24,000 nucleotides of DNA. Source: Rickettsiales bacterium. Its GTDB lineage: Bacteria; Pseudomonadota; Alphaproteobacteria; Rickettsiales; Rickettsiaceae. Positions 1-8,483 of the stretch are shown one piece after another. The notes below the pieces were generated by a model. It had not been told where the DNA came from. It saw only the letters and a list, made by a program, of their open reading frames with translations, and searched no databases. The stretch's first letter is position 1; every line of letters begins with the position of its first letter. The translations under genes and the position numbers were made by a program. Location of the stretch: assembly GCA_017302595.1 (NCBI GenBank), contig JAFLDA010000001.1, positions 694,817 to 718,816 on the forward strand, in the 5' to 3' direction.

Positions 1-1031
1 GTATTTAGATTAATAATAGAAACCTTAAATGGGGCAACCTGCATAGGCCATATTATCCCTTTCTCATCATGCGATACTTCTATAATTGCAGCAACCAATC
101 TTGAAATCCCTATCCCATAGGAACCCATTTGAATTGGTATTATCTTACCATTTGCATCATTTACCGTAGCAGCCATTGGTGCTGAGTATTTATCAGAAAA
201 GTTAAAAATATGCCCAACTTCAATCCCTTTTCTTACTGACAATTCACTCTCTTTTAGCGGACATGTATCAGGATTATGTTTTTCCTCAGTCGCAGCATAC
301 AATGATTTGAGCTGCTTAATATCATTTGCCAAAGTATCGCCAAGAAGATCAAATTTCTTATCGTAGTACAAAGTACTTTCGCCAGTATCCGCAACTACAT
401 GGAATTCATGACTCAAGTCTCCACCAATTTCTCCAGGATCAGCTGACAGTGGAATTGCATTTAAACCAAGATCTCTAAAAGTTCTCATATAAGCCACAAA
501 AACTTGATCATAGGTTCGCGTAGCACTGTGCATATCAATATCAAAAGAATATGCATCCTTCATCAAAAACTCTCTACCCCTCATCACTCCAAACCTAGGA
601 CGAATTTCATCTCTAAATTTCCACTGAATTTGGTACATCACTTTAGGCAACTCTTTATATGATTGTATTGTATTTCTTACAATGTCTGTAATGAGTTCTT
701 CATTAGTAGGGCCAAACAAAAGATCATGCCCGTGACGATCTTTGAACGACAACATTTCTTTACCATATACATCAAACCTTCCAGATTCACGCCATAAACT
801 ACCATCTTGTACGCATGGCATTAATATTTCAATAAATCCAGATGCATCCATATTAAATCTAACAATATTCTCAATATTTTTCAGCACCTTCAGACCCAAT
901 GGAAGCCAATTATAGATCCCAGCTGAAGATTGACGCATCATTCCACTCCTAAGCATAAGAGAGTGTGATACGACTTGCGCTTCAACTGGCTTTTCTTTTA
1001 AAACTGGTAAAAAATATCTAGATAACAGCAT
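1..1031 (-). CDS. proS: Prolyl-tRNA synthetase, N-terminal ~343 codons; the 3' end lies beyond the left edge of the window
   Basis: An open minus-strand frame runs off the window start, with ATG at 1031..1029. It is absent from the ORF track because it has no in-window stop. My translation starts [57 protein letters not shown]. It contains the class-II core [25 protein letters not shown] and later [15 protein letters not shown]. Only a short linker sits where the long bacterial INS editing domain would be, as in alphaproteobacterial ProRS. Confidence 0.9.
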   Translation of the reverse strand, partial: MLLSRYFLPVLKEKPVEAQVVSHSLMLRSGMMRQSSAGIYNWLPLGLKVLKNIENIVRFNMDASGFIEILMPCVQDGSLWRESGRFDVYGKEMLSFKDRHGHDLLFGPTNEELITDIVRNTIQSYKELPKVMYQIQWKFRDEIRPRFGVMRGREFLMKDAYSFDIDMHSATRTYDQVFVAYMRTFRDLGLNAIPLSADPGEIGGDLSHEFHVVADTGESTLYYDKKFDLLGDTLANDIKQLKSLYAATEEKHNPDTCPLKESELSVRKGIEVGHIFNFSDKYSAPMAATVNDANGKIIPIQMGSYGIGISRLVAAIIEVSHDEKGIIWPMQVAPFKVSIINLN

Positions 1032-1036
1032 AATTT

Positions 1037-1609
1037 TTAATTATTCCTTAAAATATCCCAAAACTCCTGGCGCTTTGAAAGGTCATTGGTAAATACTCCA
1101 GTAAAGTGGCAAGTTTCCATGTTACTTCCTTCCTTCATAGCCCCTCTAATACTCATACAAGTATGTTTTGCCGAAACTCTAATTGCAACACCTTTTGGTT
1201 TTAAATACTCCTGCAAGGCAATTGCAATTTCTGCGGTCATTCTCTCTTGGATTTGTAGCCTTCTTGAATAAGCATTCACTAATCTAGCTAATTTACTAAC
1301 ACCTAAAACATAACCATCAGGCATATATGCAATGTCTACCACCCCTAAAAACGGCATCATATGGTGTTCACATAATGAGGTAAAATTAATAGACCTCAAA
1401 AGAACTATATCTTCGTATTTATTGATATCATAAAAGCGCTTGTCAAGGATCTTGGCAATATCTTGATCATAGCCACTAAATAGCTCTTCATAACTATTGA
1501 TAACACGCTTTGGAGTTTCTTTAAGCCCCTCTCTTGAAGGATCTTCTCCAATATATTCGATTAGCAATTTGACAGCACTCAGCGCTTGTTCTTTTTTTGG
1601 TACAGACAC
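1037..1609 (-). CDS. folE: GTP cyclohydrolase I
   Basis: The 190-aa ORF carries the FolE signature ...[20 protein letters not shown]... and ...RLQIQERMT... The length fits type-I GTP cyclohydrolase. The stop is 5 nt from the proS start. Confidence 0.92.
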   Translation of the reverse strand: MSVPKKEQALSAVKLLIEYIGEDPSREGLKETPKRVINSYEELFSGYDQDIAKILDKRFYDINKYEDIVLLRSINFTSLCEHHMMPFLGVVDIAYMPDGYVLGVSKLARLVNAYSRRLQIQERMTAEIAIALQEYLKPKGVAIRVSAKHTCMSIRGAMKEGSNMETCHFTGVFTNDLSKRQEFWDILRNN

Positions 1610-1620
1610 TTTTTTATTTA

Positions 1621-2988
1621 CTATTTTACTTTGAAATAAAGATTTTTAGCACATATATGCACAAACATCAAGCCACCAATAATCGCTATAAGTCCACCTA
1701 AACCGGTAATACCCATATATATTTTGGCCGAAAAAGCAATTTCTTCACCCGGTGTTTTTCTCATAACACCATAACCACCTGCTAATGCAAGACCTAAAAT
1801 ATGTAAAAACTGCCCAATTGCAATCATCATCAATTGAGTTTTAGCATAACGTTTATTGCCAAAATTATGCCAAAAAAACTCTCCTAAATTATTATAGAGA
1901 TTTACTAACACCCCTGATTTTGACGAAATATTTTGTATAATTTGCTCTTTAAAAATAAATAAATAAACAAAACCCATCATAGCAATGCTAATCCCTACTA
2001 TTGAACCATGGTAATGAGCTGGGATTACAACATTTATTCCAGAAATAGCAGCACCAATAAACCCACCCATCACAAATAAACCAACAGAAAATACATAGGC
2101 TAACATACTCAAATTCATTGATATCATTTTTTTTGCCCAAACCTCGTAAGTCAAAACTACAATAAAAATTCCTGGCACTATACCAGCTGTGTAAATCATA
2201 TGCTTGGTAAAAAATTCTTTAAATGATCCATCTGAAAAGTCATAATTAGCATGCCCAATAAAAACTGTACTTGCCAAAACAAAGTTCAATATCAGCAGCA
2301 TCTCGTATATATTATAGCATTCTATCTCACCATCACTAATAGATTCGACTAAACAAATAAGAACAAACATGAATATCTGCGTATATATAAATTGAAGCAA
2401 ATGTCCACCACTCCAAAAGAGCATTTCGTAATAATAATCAATCTCTAAAACAGCAACATTTTTTAACTGCTCAAGACCTAGGTACGACAAATAAAAACAC
2501 CCCCACACCCCAAAAACCAATAATGAGGTCGTGATTCTTGTGACTTTGACTACTCTATGCCCATAAGTTAAAGGCCTTTCTAGCAAACTATAGAAAAAAG
2601 TTTGAATAGCATATATGAGGATTGACGCTCCAAAAATACACAAACCAAGTACAAAAAGAATGTTTTCCAGCATTGGTATATAATTATTCATCACTGGCCC
2701 TGAATCACTCAAAACTGGACTTATTGCCATCAAAATTATACCAACTAATGCTATCTTAGAATTAAATTCTTGGATAAAATTATTTTTCGATATACTCCAT
2801 ATGGAGACTGAAATTGCTAAAAGCCAAACTAATACCGACAAATTTACGTGAATAACCAGAGCGGTGCGAAAAATATCTGGATTGGTAAATAATTGGTTTA
2901 CTCCCGGCGTTCTAAGCATTACGAGAAAAATGGAGTATGCCCCAGCAACAGCCAAAGCAAAAATCCCATTTTTAAGCCAATTAATCAT
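1621..2988 (-). CDS. Divergent heme-copper oxidase subunit-I (COX1)-like polytopic membrane protein; function unknown
   Basis: The ORF is 455 aa with about 12 hydrophobic helices by eye. Histidines sit at H47 (helix 2), W192-x3-H196 (FWSGGHLLQF, helix 6), H246 (FIGHANY, helix 7) and H325-x-H327 (PAHYHGSIVG, helix 10). A loop FLHILGLALAGGYGVMRK recalls the COX1 H-F-L-G-L-x-G-M-P-R-R loop. The spacings 196->246 (50) and 325->327 (2) equal bovine COX1 H240->H290 and H376->H378. The second CuB histidine (H291 equivalent) is Ala. Confidence 0.55.
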   Translation of the reverse strand: MINWLKNGIFALAVAGAYSIFLVMLRTPGVNQLFTNPDIFRTALVIHVNLSVLVWLLAISVSIWSISKNNFIQEFNSKIALVGIILMAISPVLSDSGPVMNNYIPMLENILFVLGLCIFGASILIYAIQTFFYSLLERPLTYGHRVVKVTRITTSLLVFGVWGCFYLSYLGLEQLKNVAVLEIDYYYEMLFWSGGHLLQFIYTQIFMFVLICLVESISDGEIECYNIYEMLLILNFVLASTVFIGHANYDFSDGSFKEFFTKHMIYTAGIVPGIFIVVLTYEVWAKKMISMNLSMLAYVFSVGLFVMGGFIGAAISGINVVIPAHYHGSIVGISIAMMGFVYLFIFKEQIIQNISSKSGVLVNLYNNLGEFFWHNFGNKRYAKTQLMMIAIGQFLHILGLALAGGYGVMRKTPGEEIAFSAKIYMGITGLGGLIAIIGGLMFVHICAKNLYFKVK

Positions 2989-2989
2989 T

Positions 2990-3568
2990 TTATATCTCTC
3001 TTAACTTAAAGCTCTTTCTATGGTGAAAAGTAAGACCAAATTTCTTGATTGCACTAATGTGATCTTTAGTACCATAGCCTGCATTTTTTTGCCAACAATA
3101 CTCTGGAAATTCTACTGCAAGTGAGTCCATAATCCTATCTCGAGTTACTTTAGCAACAATTGAAGCTGCGGCGATTGAAATTGATTTTGTATCCCCCTTA
3201 ACAACGCTGATAAACCTGTCATCATCAAACTTCATGTTACCATCAACTATAACTATATCCGGTCTAACAGAAAGTCTGCTTCCAGCTTGTGTGCAAGCTT
3301 CTATAGTTGCTCTTAAAATATTGATTCTATCAATCTCTTCTGCGTCAATAATGGCCACTGCATAGTGATAGTGCTTTGTTATTTGTTCATATAACTCTTC
3401 TCTTTTTTTGCGTGATAATTTTTTTGAATCATTAATTCCGTTGATAACATGAAGTTTATCTACTATCACTGCAGCTGCAACCACTGGACCAGCCAAAGGT
3501 CCACGCCCGGCTTCGTCAATTCCAGCAACCACCTCATTTAAAAACTGATTTTCAATTTCGAAATTCAT
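2990..3568 (-). CDS. rnhB: Ribonuclease HII
   Basis: The 192-aa ORF has the N-terminal catalytic motif GIDEAGRGPLAGPVVAAAV, an internal DSKKLS motif and ...IAAASIVAKVTRD... There is a 1-nt gap to each neighbouring gene. Confidence 0.93.
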   Translation of the reverse strand: MNFEIENQFLNEVVAGIDEAGRGPLAGPVVAAAVIVDKLHVINGINDSKKLSRKKREELYEQITKHYHYAVAIIDAEEIDRINILRATIEACTQAGSRLSVRPDIVIVDGNMKFDDDRFISVVKGDTKSISIAAASIVAKVTRDRIMDSLAVEFPEYCWQKNAGYGTKDHISAIKKFGLTFHHRKSFKLREI

Positions 3569-3569
3569 A

Positions 3570-4280
3570 TTATTTCCTTATCATTTGTATACAAGCAAGT
3601 CCTGCTATGCTAGCTACCTCAGTTCTTAGTACATTACTTCCTAAACTAATCGAATTAACTTTTTCGATTGAATTTAACATTTCAATTTCCGACTCAGTAA
3701 AACCACCTTCAGGCCCAACCAAAAAAATCGGATTTTTGCTGATGGTAATATTTGATAACTTCTTTATCTCATGTTCAGACTCATTGGCAAAGATAATTTG
3801 TTCATCCATCTTGCATAATTGTTCAAGTGTTAGAGGATCGTATAAAATCGGTCTGACAAATCTTTCACACTGCTCTATAGATTCAATGATACATCTATTA
3901 AGCTTGTCTTTGTTCACCGTTTTAATTTGGGTTCTAGCAGAAATTACTGGAATAATTGACGTTACACCAATTTGCACTGCCCCCCTAATAGCTTCTATCA
4001 TTCTGTCATTTTTGATGATACTAATTGCTAGAATTAGTTTTGGTTCAGCAGTTATGTTTCTAATAATATCAACAACCTCAATTATAATTTGATTTCTGTC
4101 TATCCCTTCTATTCTAACCAAATACTCTCCATCTTGGTCATTAAACAGTCGAAAATTATCATGTCTTCTTAGTCTGATTACAGTCTTAAGGTAGCGAAAA
4201 TTATCCCCATCAATTCTTATAATTTGATTTTTTGAAATAGGCCCATTAGTATAAATTCTGGGAAGATGAGAAAACTTCAT
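3570..4280 (-). CDS. rsmE: 16S rRNA (uracil1498-N3)-methyltransferase RsmE
   Basis: The C-terminal SPOUT motif reads IFLVGPEGGFTESEIEML...SLGSNVLRTEVA. I place the start at the internal Met (MKFSHLPRIYTN..., ATG 4280..4278), which matches the usual M-x-x-x-PR-F/I-Y RsmE N-terminus. The longer track ORF to 4343 would run antisense through the DUF1674 gene. Confidence 0.85.
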   Translation of the reverse strand: MKFSHLPRIYTNGPISKNQIIRIDGDNFRYLKTVIRLRRHDNFRLFNDQDGEYLVRIEGIDRNQIIIEVVDIIRNITAEPKLILAISIIKNDRMIEAIRGAVQIGVTSIIPVISARTQIKTVNKDKLNRCIIESIEQCERFVRPILYDPLTLEQLCKMDEQIIFANESEHEIKKLSNITISKNPIFLVGPEGGFTESEIEMLNSIEKVNSISLGSNVLRTEVASIAGLACIQMIRK

Positions 4281-4287
4281 AATTTGT

Positions 4288-4434
4288 ATGACAAATAACA
4301 ATAAATCGGATAATACACTAATAATAGAAAACAGCTCAAGCAAAATCAGCCAGGAAGAATTCGGGGGACAAAAAGGTCCCGAGCCAACGAGGTACGGTGA
4401 TTGGGAAAAAAACGGACGTGTTTCTGATTTCTAG
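4288..4434 (+). CDS. DUF1674 family small protein (SDHAF4/Sdh8-like succinate dehydrogenase assembly factor homologue), 48 aa
   Basis: This gene is not in the supplied ORF track because it is too short. My hand translation is MTNNNKSDNTLIIENSSSKISQEEFGGQKGPEPTRYGDWEKNGRVSDF*. The C-terminal G-x-K-G-P-E-P-T-R-Y-G-D-W-E-x-x-G-R-x-x-D-F is the DUF1674 signature. An in-frame stop lies at 4267..4269 and the first ATG is at 4288. Confidence 0.85.
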   Translation: MTNNNKSDNTLIIENSSSKISQEEFGGQKGPEPTRYGDWEKNGRVSDF

Positions 4435-4446
4435 AATTATTTTATA

Positions 4447-5817
4447 TTGGGGAAGAAATTGATAAGCCAGTCGTTTAAACTAAGACATCTTATAGTATTA
4501 TTTTTAGCCGTAATCATTATCACCTCTATCATGCATGTTTACGTGCCTAGCACCTTATGGTGCTTATTTTCTTCAATTGGCCTATCCACTTTATGCATCG
4601 CGACACTAATTTATGTTCATCTGACTGCTAAGGAAAAAATAAAAGAAACAGCACAGGCACAAAAATTACAAACTTTGGGTCAATTATCTGGGGCTATTGC
4701 TCATGACTTTAATAATATCCTAACAGCAGTAATTGGATATAGCGATATTCTAATCTCCAATGAGCCACAAATAGGTAAATCAGAGGAATTATACCACATT
4801 AAATCAAACGCACTAAGAGGAGCAAAGTTAATAAAACAACTTCTTTCGCATGTAAAAGAACCAACTGATAAACAAGAAGTAGCAATATCAATCAAGAGCT
4901 TCTTTTCAGATCTAGAGCCATATTTTTCTCAACTCCTTGGAGCGAAGCATAAATTAACAATAAAACATAGCAACAAGTCTGCAATGGTAGTTGCAGACCC
5001 AATTCAACTTGAGAGAGTAGTTACTAATTTAATAACTAACTCTAAAGATGCGATGCCTAACGGCGGAGAAATAAATATAAATACTTCATTAGAAAATATT
5101 TCTAATACCTTAACTAAATCTGGATATATCAATCCTATGAACACCTCCCCTCCAAAAGGCGAATTTGTCCAAATTTTAATCACTGACCACGGACACGGGA
5201 TTCCAAAAGCGTTAATAACAAAAGTATTTGATCCTTTCTTCTCCATCAAAAAAAATACCGGCACCGGTTTGGGACTTGCGACAGTAACTCAAATAATAGA
5301 AGATTTAGGTGGGCATATTTTTATTAAATCTAAGGAAAATGTTGGAACTTCATTTTTGCTCTTATTAACTCACTCTCCTGAAACGCATAAATACCAAAAC
5401 ACAGATAAAACAAAACCATCGGAATTAACTGAAGACTTTAACTGTAATGATTATCACATTCTCTTCGTTGAAGATGAGGATCCAGTAAGATTATTTAGCA
5501 GTCATGTTCTTAAGAATTATGGGTTTAATGTGATGGACGTCAGAACAGTAGAAGAAGCTCTTGATGTAGTAAGACAGGGAGTAAGAATCGATTTATTGAT
5601 TACTGACATAACTCTTGGTTCGATGGATGGAAATCAACTAGCTCTAGAAATTAGAAAAATATTACCTAAGATTGCCATAATCATCACTTCTGGATATGAT
5701 AAGAGCTCAGTAAACGATACCGCAATAGGTAAATATCAATTTATTAGCAAGCCATATACAACCGCCGAATTAACTAACGGTGTTATTAAAGGAATAAAAA
5801 ATAATGAACACAAATAA
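4447..5817 (+). CDS. Hybrid sensor histidine kinase / response regulator (CckA-like H-box) with a minimal two-helix N-terminus
   Basis: The ORF is 456 aa. The H-box is LSGAIAHDFNNILTAVIGYSDIL (H86) and the N-box is VVTNLITNSKDAMPNGGEI. G1 is ITDHGHGIP, F is VFDPFFS and G2 is GTGLGLATV. A complete receiver follows: ILFVEDEDP...DLLITDITL...IITSGY...ISKPY. The start given is TTG at 4447. An ATG at codon 29 is the alternative and would remove the first TM helix. Confidence 0.85.
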   Translation: MGKKLISQSFKLRHLIVLFLAVIIITSIMHVYVPSTLWCLFSSIGLSTLCIATLIYVHLTAKEKIKETAQAQKLQTLGQLSGAIAHDFNNILTAVIGYSDILISNEPQIGKSEELYHIKSNALRGAKLIKQLLSHVKEPTDKQEVAISIKSFFSDLEPYFSQLLGAKHKLTIKHSNKSAMVVADPIQLERVVTNLITNSKDAMPNGGEININTSLENISNTLTKSGYINPMNTSPPKGEFVQILITDHGHGIPKALITKVFDPFFSIKKNTGTGLGLATVTQIIEDLGGHIFIKSKENVGTSFLLLLTHSPETHKYQNTDKTKPSELTEDFNCNDYHILFVEDEDPVRLFSSHVLKNYGFNVMDVRTVEEALDVVRQGVRIDLLITDITLGSMDGNQLALEIRKILPKIAIIITSGYDKSSVNDTAIGKYQFISKPYTTAELTNGVIKGIKNNEHK

Positions 5818-6103
5818 TTTTGTTACTATAGCCGATGAGCTGATCACTAGAATCGCTGATCAAATTGAACATAGTGATCCAAATGGTAACAAAGATATCG
5901 ACCTTAATGGTGGAATATTAGTCATTAATGATGAACGCGGAACTTTTGTCATCAACAGGCAAACTCCTGCAAAAGAAGTGTGGCTTTCATCTCCTATTAG
6001 TGGACCTTATCACTTTTTTTTAAATGAGGATGGAAAATGGATCACCAAAAACAGTATGCTTCTTGAAGATGTTCTTAGTAAGGAATTTTCAATTCAAATA
6101 TAA
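5804..6103 (+). CDS. cyaY: Frataxin homologue CyaY (iron-sulfur cluster assembly)
   Basis: The 99-aa ORF has the CyaY pattern ...FVTIADELITRIADQIE...DIDLNGGILVI...GTFVINRQTPAKEVWLSSPISGPYHF...GKW... It is collinear with E. coli CyaY as I recall it. The start overlaps the last 14 nt of the kinase gene. Confidence 0.88.
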   Translation: MNTNNFVTIADELITRIADQIEHSDPNGNKDIDLNGGILVINDERGTFVINRQTPAKEVWLSSPISGPYHFFLNEDGKWITKNSMLLEDVLSKEFSIQI

Positions 6104-6119
6104 ATAACAAAGTAACAAG

Positions 6120-7844
6120 ATGAGCTACGAAGTTAGACAGCTAATAAACTATTTACTAAAACACTTCAGGAGTCTTACTATTGTAATGGTTTCTTTGTTT
6201 GCTGTTTCAGCTTCATTGCTTCTCATTGGCTATGTGGTAAGAAGATTAATCGATAAAGGCTTAACACTCGAGCAAATGAACAATGTTCACAGCTCCATAA
6301 TTTTTTTGTCTGTATTAATTGCAATTTTTTCTATCGGTAGCTTTTTTCGCTCGTATTACATCAATCTAATCAGTCTAAAAGTCACTTCAGAATTAAAATC
6401 TGATACTTTCAAAAACCTCTTGAATATTGATCTGGCTAGATTTGAAGATCTCAAAATTGGGGACATTATTTCAAGGCTAGGAACAGATATTGAAATTATA
6501 GGCAATTTGATTATAAATTTTCTCTCTTTCCTGATTCGAAATTTAGTCATGCTCATTGGCGCCATTATATTGATGTTTATAAATAGCCCTAAATTATCTA
6601 TAATTGTTGTTATTAGCATTCCTATACTACTTATACCAATATTAAGACTCAGCAGGCATGTTCGCTCTCTATCAAGAAAGGTCCTAGATGAACAAAGCAT
6701 TATACTTGCTAGCGCAGAAGAGTGTTTTACTGGCATAAGAACGATTCATGCTTATAATCAGCAAAGCTACCTATCACAGCAATTTGGCCAAAAAATAAAT
6801 TCAAACATCAAACATTCCAGTACCAGACTAAAACTACGCTCCATCTTTTTTGCTCTAGCTATAATGATCATCGCTGGCTCTATTACATTTGTTTTATGGG
6901 TAGGTAGTATAGATATTATAAATGGCTCAATGACTTCGGGACAAATGGTGTCATTTATTTACTATGCTGTCATTGTCGGTATGAGTGCTGGAGGCATAGC
7001 TGAGCTACTAAATGAACTACATAATCCATTATCAGCACTTGAAAGAATTTTAGAATTACGAGACATTGCATCATTAAACTACTCATCTTTAGACAACGAA
7101 CCAATACCTGATCAGATAAATTCTGTGCAATTCCAAAATGTTATATTCGCATATCCTGCAAGAGAAGATATAACCATACTAAAAGAGCTAACATTCTCTA
7201 TAAAGGCAGGAAAATTTACTGGAATAGTTGGCCCTTCTGGGGCTGGAAAAAGTACTATTTTTCAGCTGTTGATGAGGTTCTACACTCAATACCAAGGGTC
7301 AATAATGTTGGGCGATTCTCATATCAAGCAAATGAATATGACAGACCTTCGAGAGAAGATTGCTTATGTCGAACAATATCCAACGATATTTTCTGGCACC
7401 ATTCGAAACAATATATCCTTCTCTTGCCCCAAAGCTAGTAATGAAGAAATTGAACATCTAGCACAAATTTGCGGTATCACAGAATTTGCAAGAAATTATG
7501 AATTTGGTTTAAATACCGAAATAGGCGAAAGAGGAATCAGAATATCTGGCGGACAAAAACAACGAATAGCAATAGCCAGAGCCCTGCTCTATAAACCTGA
7601 TATACTACTACTTGATGAAGCTACTAGCGCTCTTGATAATAATAGTGAAGAAAAAATCATCAGCAATATTATAGATTATATGCATGGAAAAACTATTATC
7701 TCCATAGCACATAGAATCACTTCTATTGAAAGAGCTGACGAAATATTACTTATTGATCATGGAACACTTGCTGCGCAAGGCACACATAAACAACTTTTAA
7801 AATCCTCAGAAATTTACAAGCAACTTTACGAAAGCGAAAGCTAA
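6120..7844 (+). CDS. ABC exporter, fused permease/ATPase half-transporter (MsbA/ABCB type); substrate unknown
   Basis: The ORF is 574 aa with an N-terminal domain of about 6 TM helices. Walker A is GPSGAGKST, the Q-loop is VEQYPTIF and the signature is ISGGQKQR. Walker B plus the catalytic Glu is ILLLDEATSALD, and the H-loop is SIAHR. Confidence 0.88.
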   Translation: MSYEVRQLINYLLKHFRSLTIVMVSLFAVSASLLLIGYVVRRLIDKGLTLEQMNNVHSSIIFLSVLIAIFSIGSFFRSYYINLISLKVTSELKSDTFKNLLNIDLARFEDLKIGDIISRLGTDIEIIGNLIINFLSFLIRNLVMLIGAIILMFINSPKLSIIVVISIPILLIPILRLSRHVRSLSRKVLDEQSIILASAEECFTGIRTIHAYNQQSYLSQQFGQKINSNIKHSSTRLKLRSIFFALAIMIIAGSITFVLWVGSIDIINGSMTSGQMVSFIYYAVIVGMSAGGIAELLNELHNPLSALERILELRDIASLNYSSLDNEPIPDQINSVQFQNVIFAYPAREDITILKELTFSIKAGKFTGIVGPSGAGKSTIFQLLMRFYTQYQGSIMLGDSHIKQMNMTDLREKIAYVEQYPTIFSGTIRNNISFSCPKASNEEIEHLAQICGITEFARNYEFGLNTEIGERGIRISGGQKQRIAIARALLYKPDILLLDEATSALDNNSEEKIISNIIDYMHGKTIISIAHRITSIERADEILLIDHGTLAAQGTHKQLLKSSEIYKQLYESES

Positions 7845-7929
7845 TACGGTTCTTGCATTTTACATGCTATAGTGGAATACTACAATGCAGGCACCAATCT
7901 TATGTTAACATAAAACAAGAGTACCACTT

Positions 7930-8388
7930 ATGCTAAAAAATCAAATTTTGATCTATATTTCTATATTTACCCTTTTATTTGGCGCTGTTTCTAATGCACT
8001 TGCGGCAAATCAAGATAAAAAAGAACTCATAATTGAAAAAGCGTGGGCACGCAAGCCAATTGGGTCAAACAATAATTCTGCAGCCTATATGAAAATTACT
8101 AACTCTTCTGCGCAGCCTATAACTATACTAGGAGCCACTGCATCCAATGTTGCTAATAATGTAGAACTACATAAAAGCTATGTTGATGAACAGGGGGTAA
8201 GTAGAATGGCGGCTCTTGATAAATTAGTAATACCAGCTCACACCACTGTTGAACTCAGCCCGAATGGGATACATATCATGCTGATTGATTTAAAAAAGAC
8301 TCTTGAAGAAGGAAGCAAGATTGAAATTACCCTACAAATAGAAAATAGTAACCCGATAAAATTCAAGGCATTAATCAGAAATAACTAG
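7930..8388 (+). CDS. Periplasmic copper chaperone PCu(A)C (DUF461 family)
   Basis: The 152-aa ORF starts with a signal-peptide-like N-terminus, MLKNQILIYISIFTLLFGAVSNALA. The family pattern is AWAR...AAYMKITN...VELHKS...GVSRM...LVIPAHTTVELSPNGIHIML, giving an H/M copper-ligand arrangement. Confidence 0.85.
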   Translation: MLKNQILIYISIFTLLFGAVSNALAANQDKKELIIEKAWARKPIGSNNNSAAYMKITNSSAQPITILGATASNVANNVELHKSYVDEQGVSRMAALDKLVIPAHTTVELSPNGIHIMLIDLKKTLEEGSKIEITLQIENSNPIKFKALIRNN

Positions 8389-8430
8389 TTTATGCTATCT
8401 AAAAGCAGCAATTAGCAATCCTGCACCTTA

Positions 8431-8457
8431 GTCATCCCAAACTCGATTTGGGATCCA
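8431..8457. repeat. RPE-like palindromic element, single-arm copy (GTCATCCCAAACTCGATTTGGGATCCA)
   Basis: The hairpin is ATCCCAAA / CTCGA / TTTGGGAT, flanked by GTC...CCA. It is the same unit as the arms at 10440, 15586 and 20066. It lies between the convergent PCu(A)C and ABC genes. Confidence 0.8.
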
Positions 8458-8483
8458 CCTTAAAACAGCTGCAACTTCAACAC

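Noticed and set aside
3607-4092. A 161-aa plus-strand ORF inside rsmE. The same applies to the other antisense ORFs in the track: 1086..1271, 4701..4895, 5004..5264, 6356..6736, 11484..11885, 12119..12343, 13335..13538, 13665..13883, 16167..16403, 19727..19963, 21365..21586, 21710..21937, 22071..22259, 22190..22534 and 23003..23197.
   Set aside because: Each lies wholly antisense to a gene with clear family motifs. Their translations are low-complexity and rich in Ile, Ser, Leu and Cys, with no recognisable motif. In AT-rich genomes, long shadow ORFs opposite real genes are expected by chance.
4281-4343. The 21-codon N-terminal extension of rsmE in the track ORF (MLELFSIISVLSDLLLFVIQI).
   Set aside because: The extension is hydrophobic junk-like sequence that runs antisense through the DUF1674 gene. 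The internal Met gives the canonical RsmE N-terminus.
5804-7844. The idea that the ABC exporter next to cyaY is the bacterial Atm1/ABCB7 orthologue, giving an Fe-S export link with frataxin.
   Set aside because: Only generic ABCB half-transporter motifs are visible. I cannot see any Atm1-specific signature by eye, and a second similar exporter lies 600 nt away. The adjacency alone is not enough, and a phylogeny would be needed.
7853-7881. A possible sigma-70 promoter, TTGCAT-N17-AATACT, upstream of the PCu(A)C gene.
   Set aside because: The -10 hexamer matches the consensus at only 4 of 6 positions. The gene may simply be co-transcribed with the upstream ABC exporter. The evidence is too weak to list as a feature.
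8431-8457. The repeat hairpin between the convergent PCu(A)C and ABC genes as a bidirectional intrinsic terminator.
   Set aside because: The 8-bp stem is good, but there is no U-tract on either strand after it. I therefore cannot call it a canonical rho-independent terminator, although it may still affect 3' ends.
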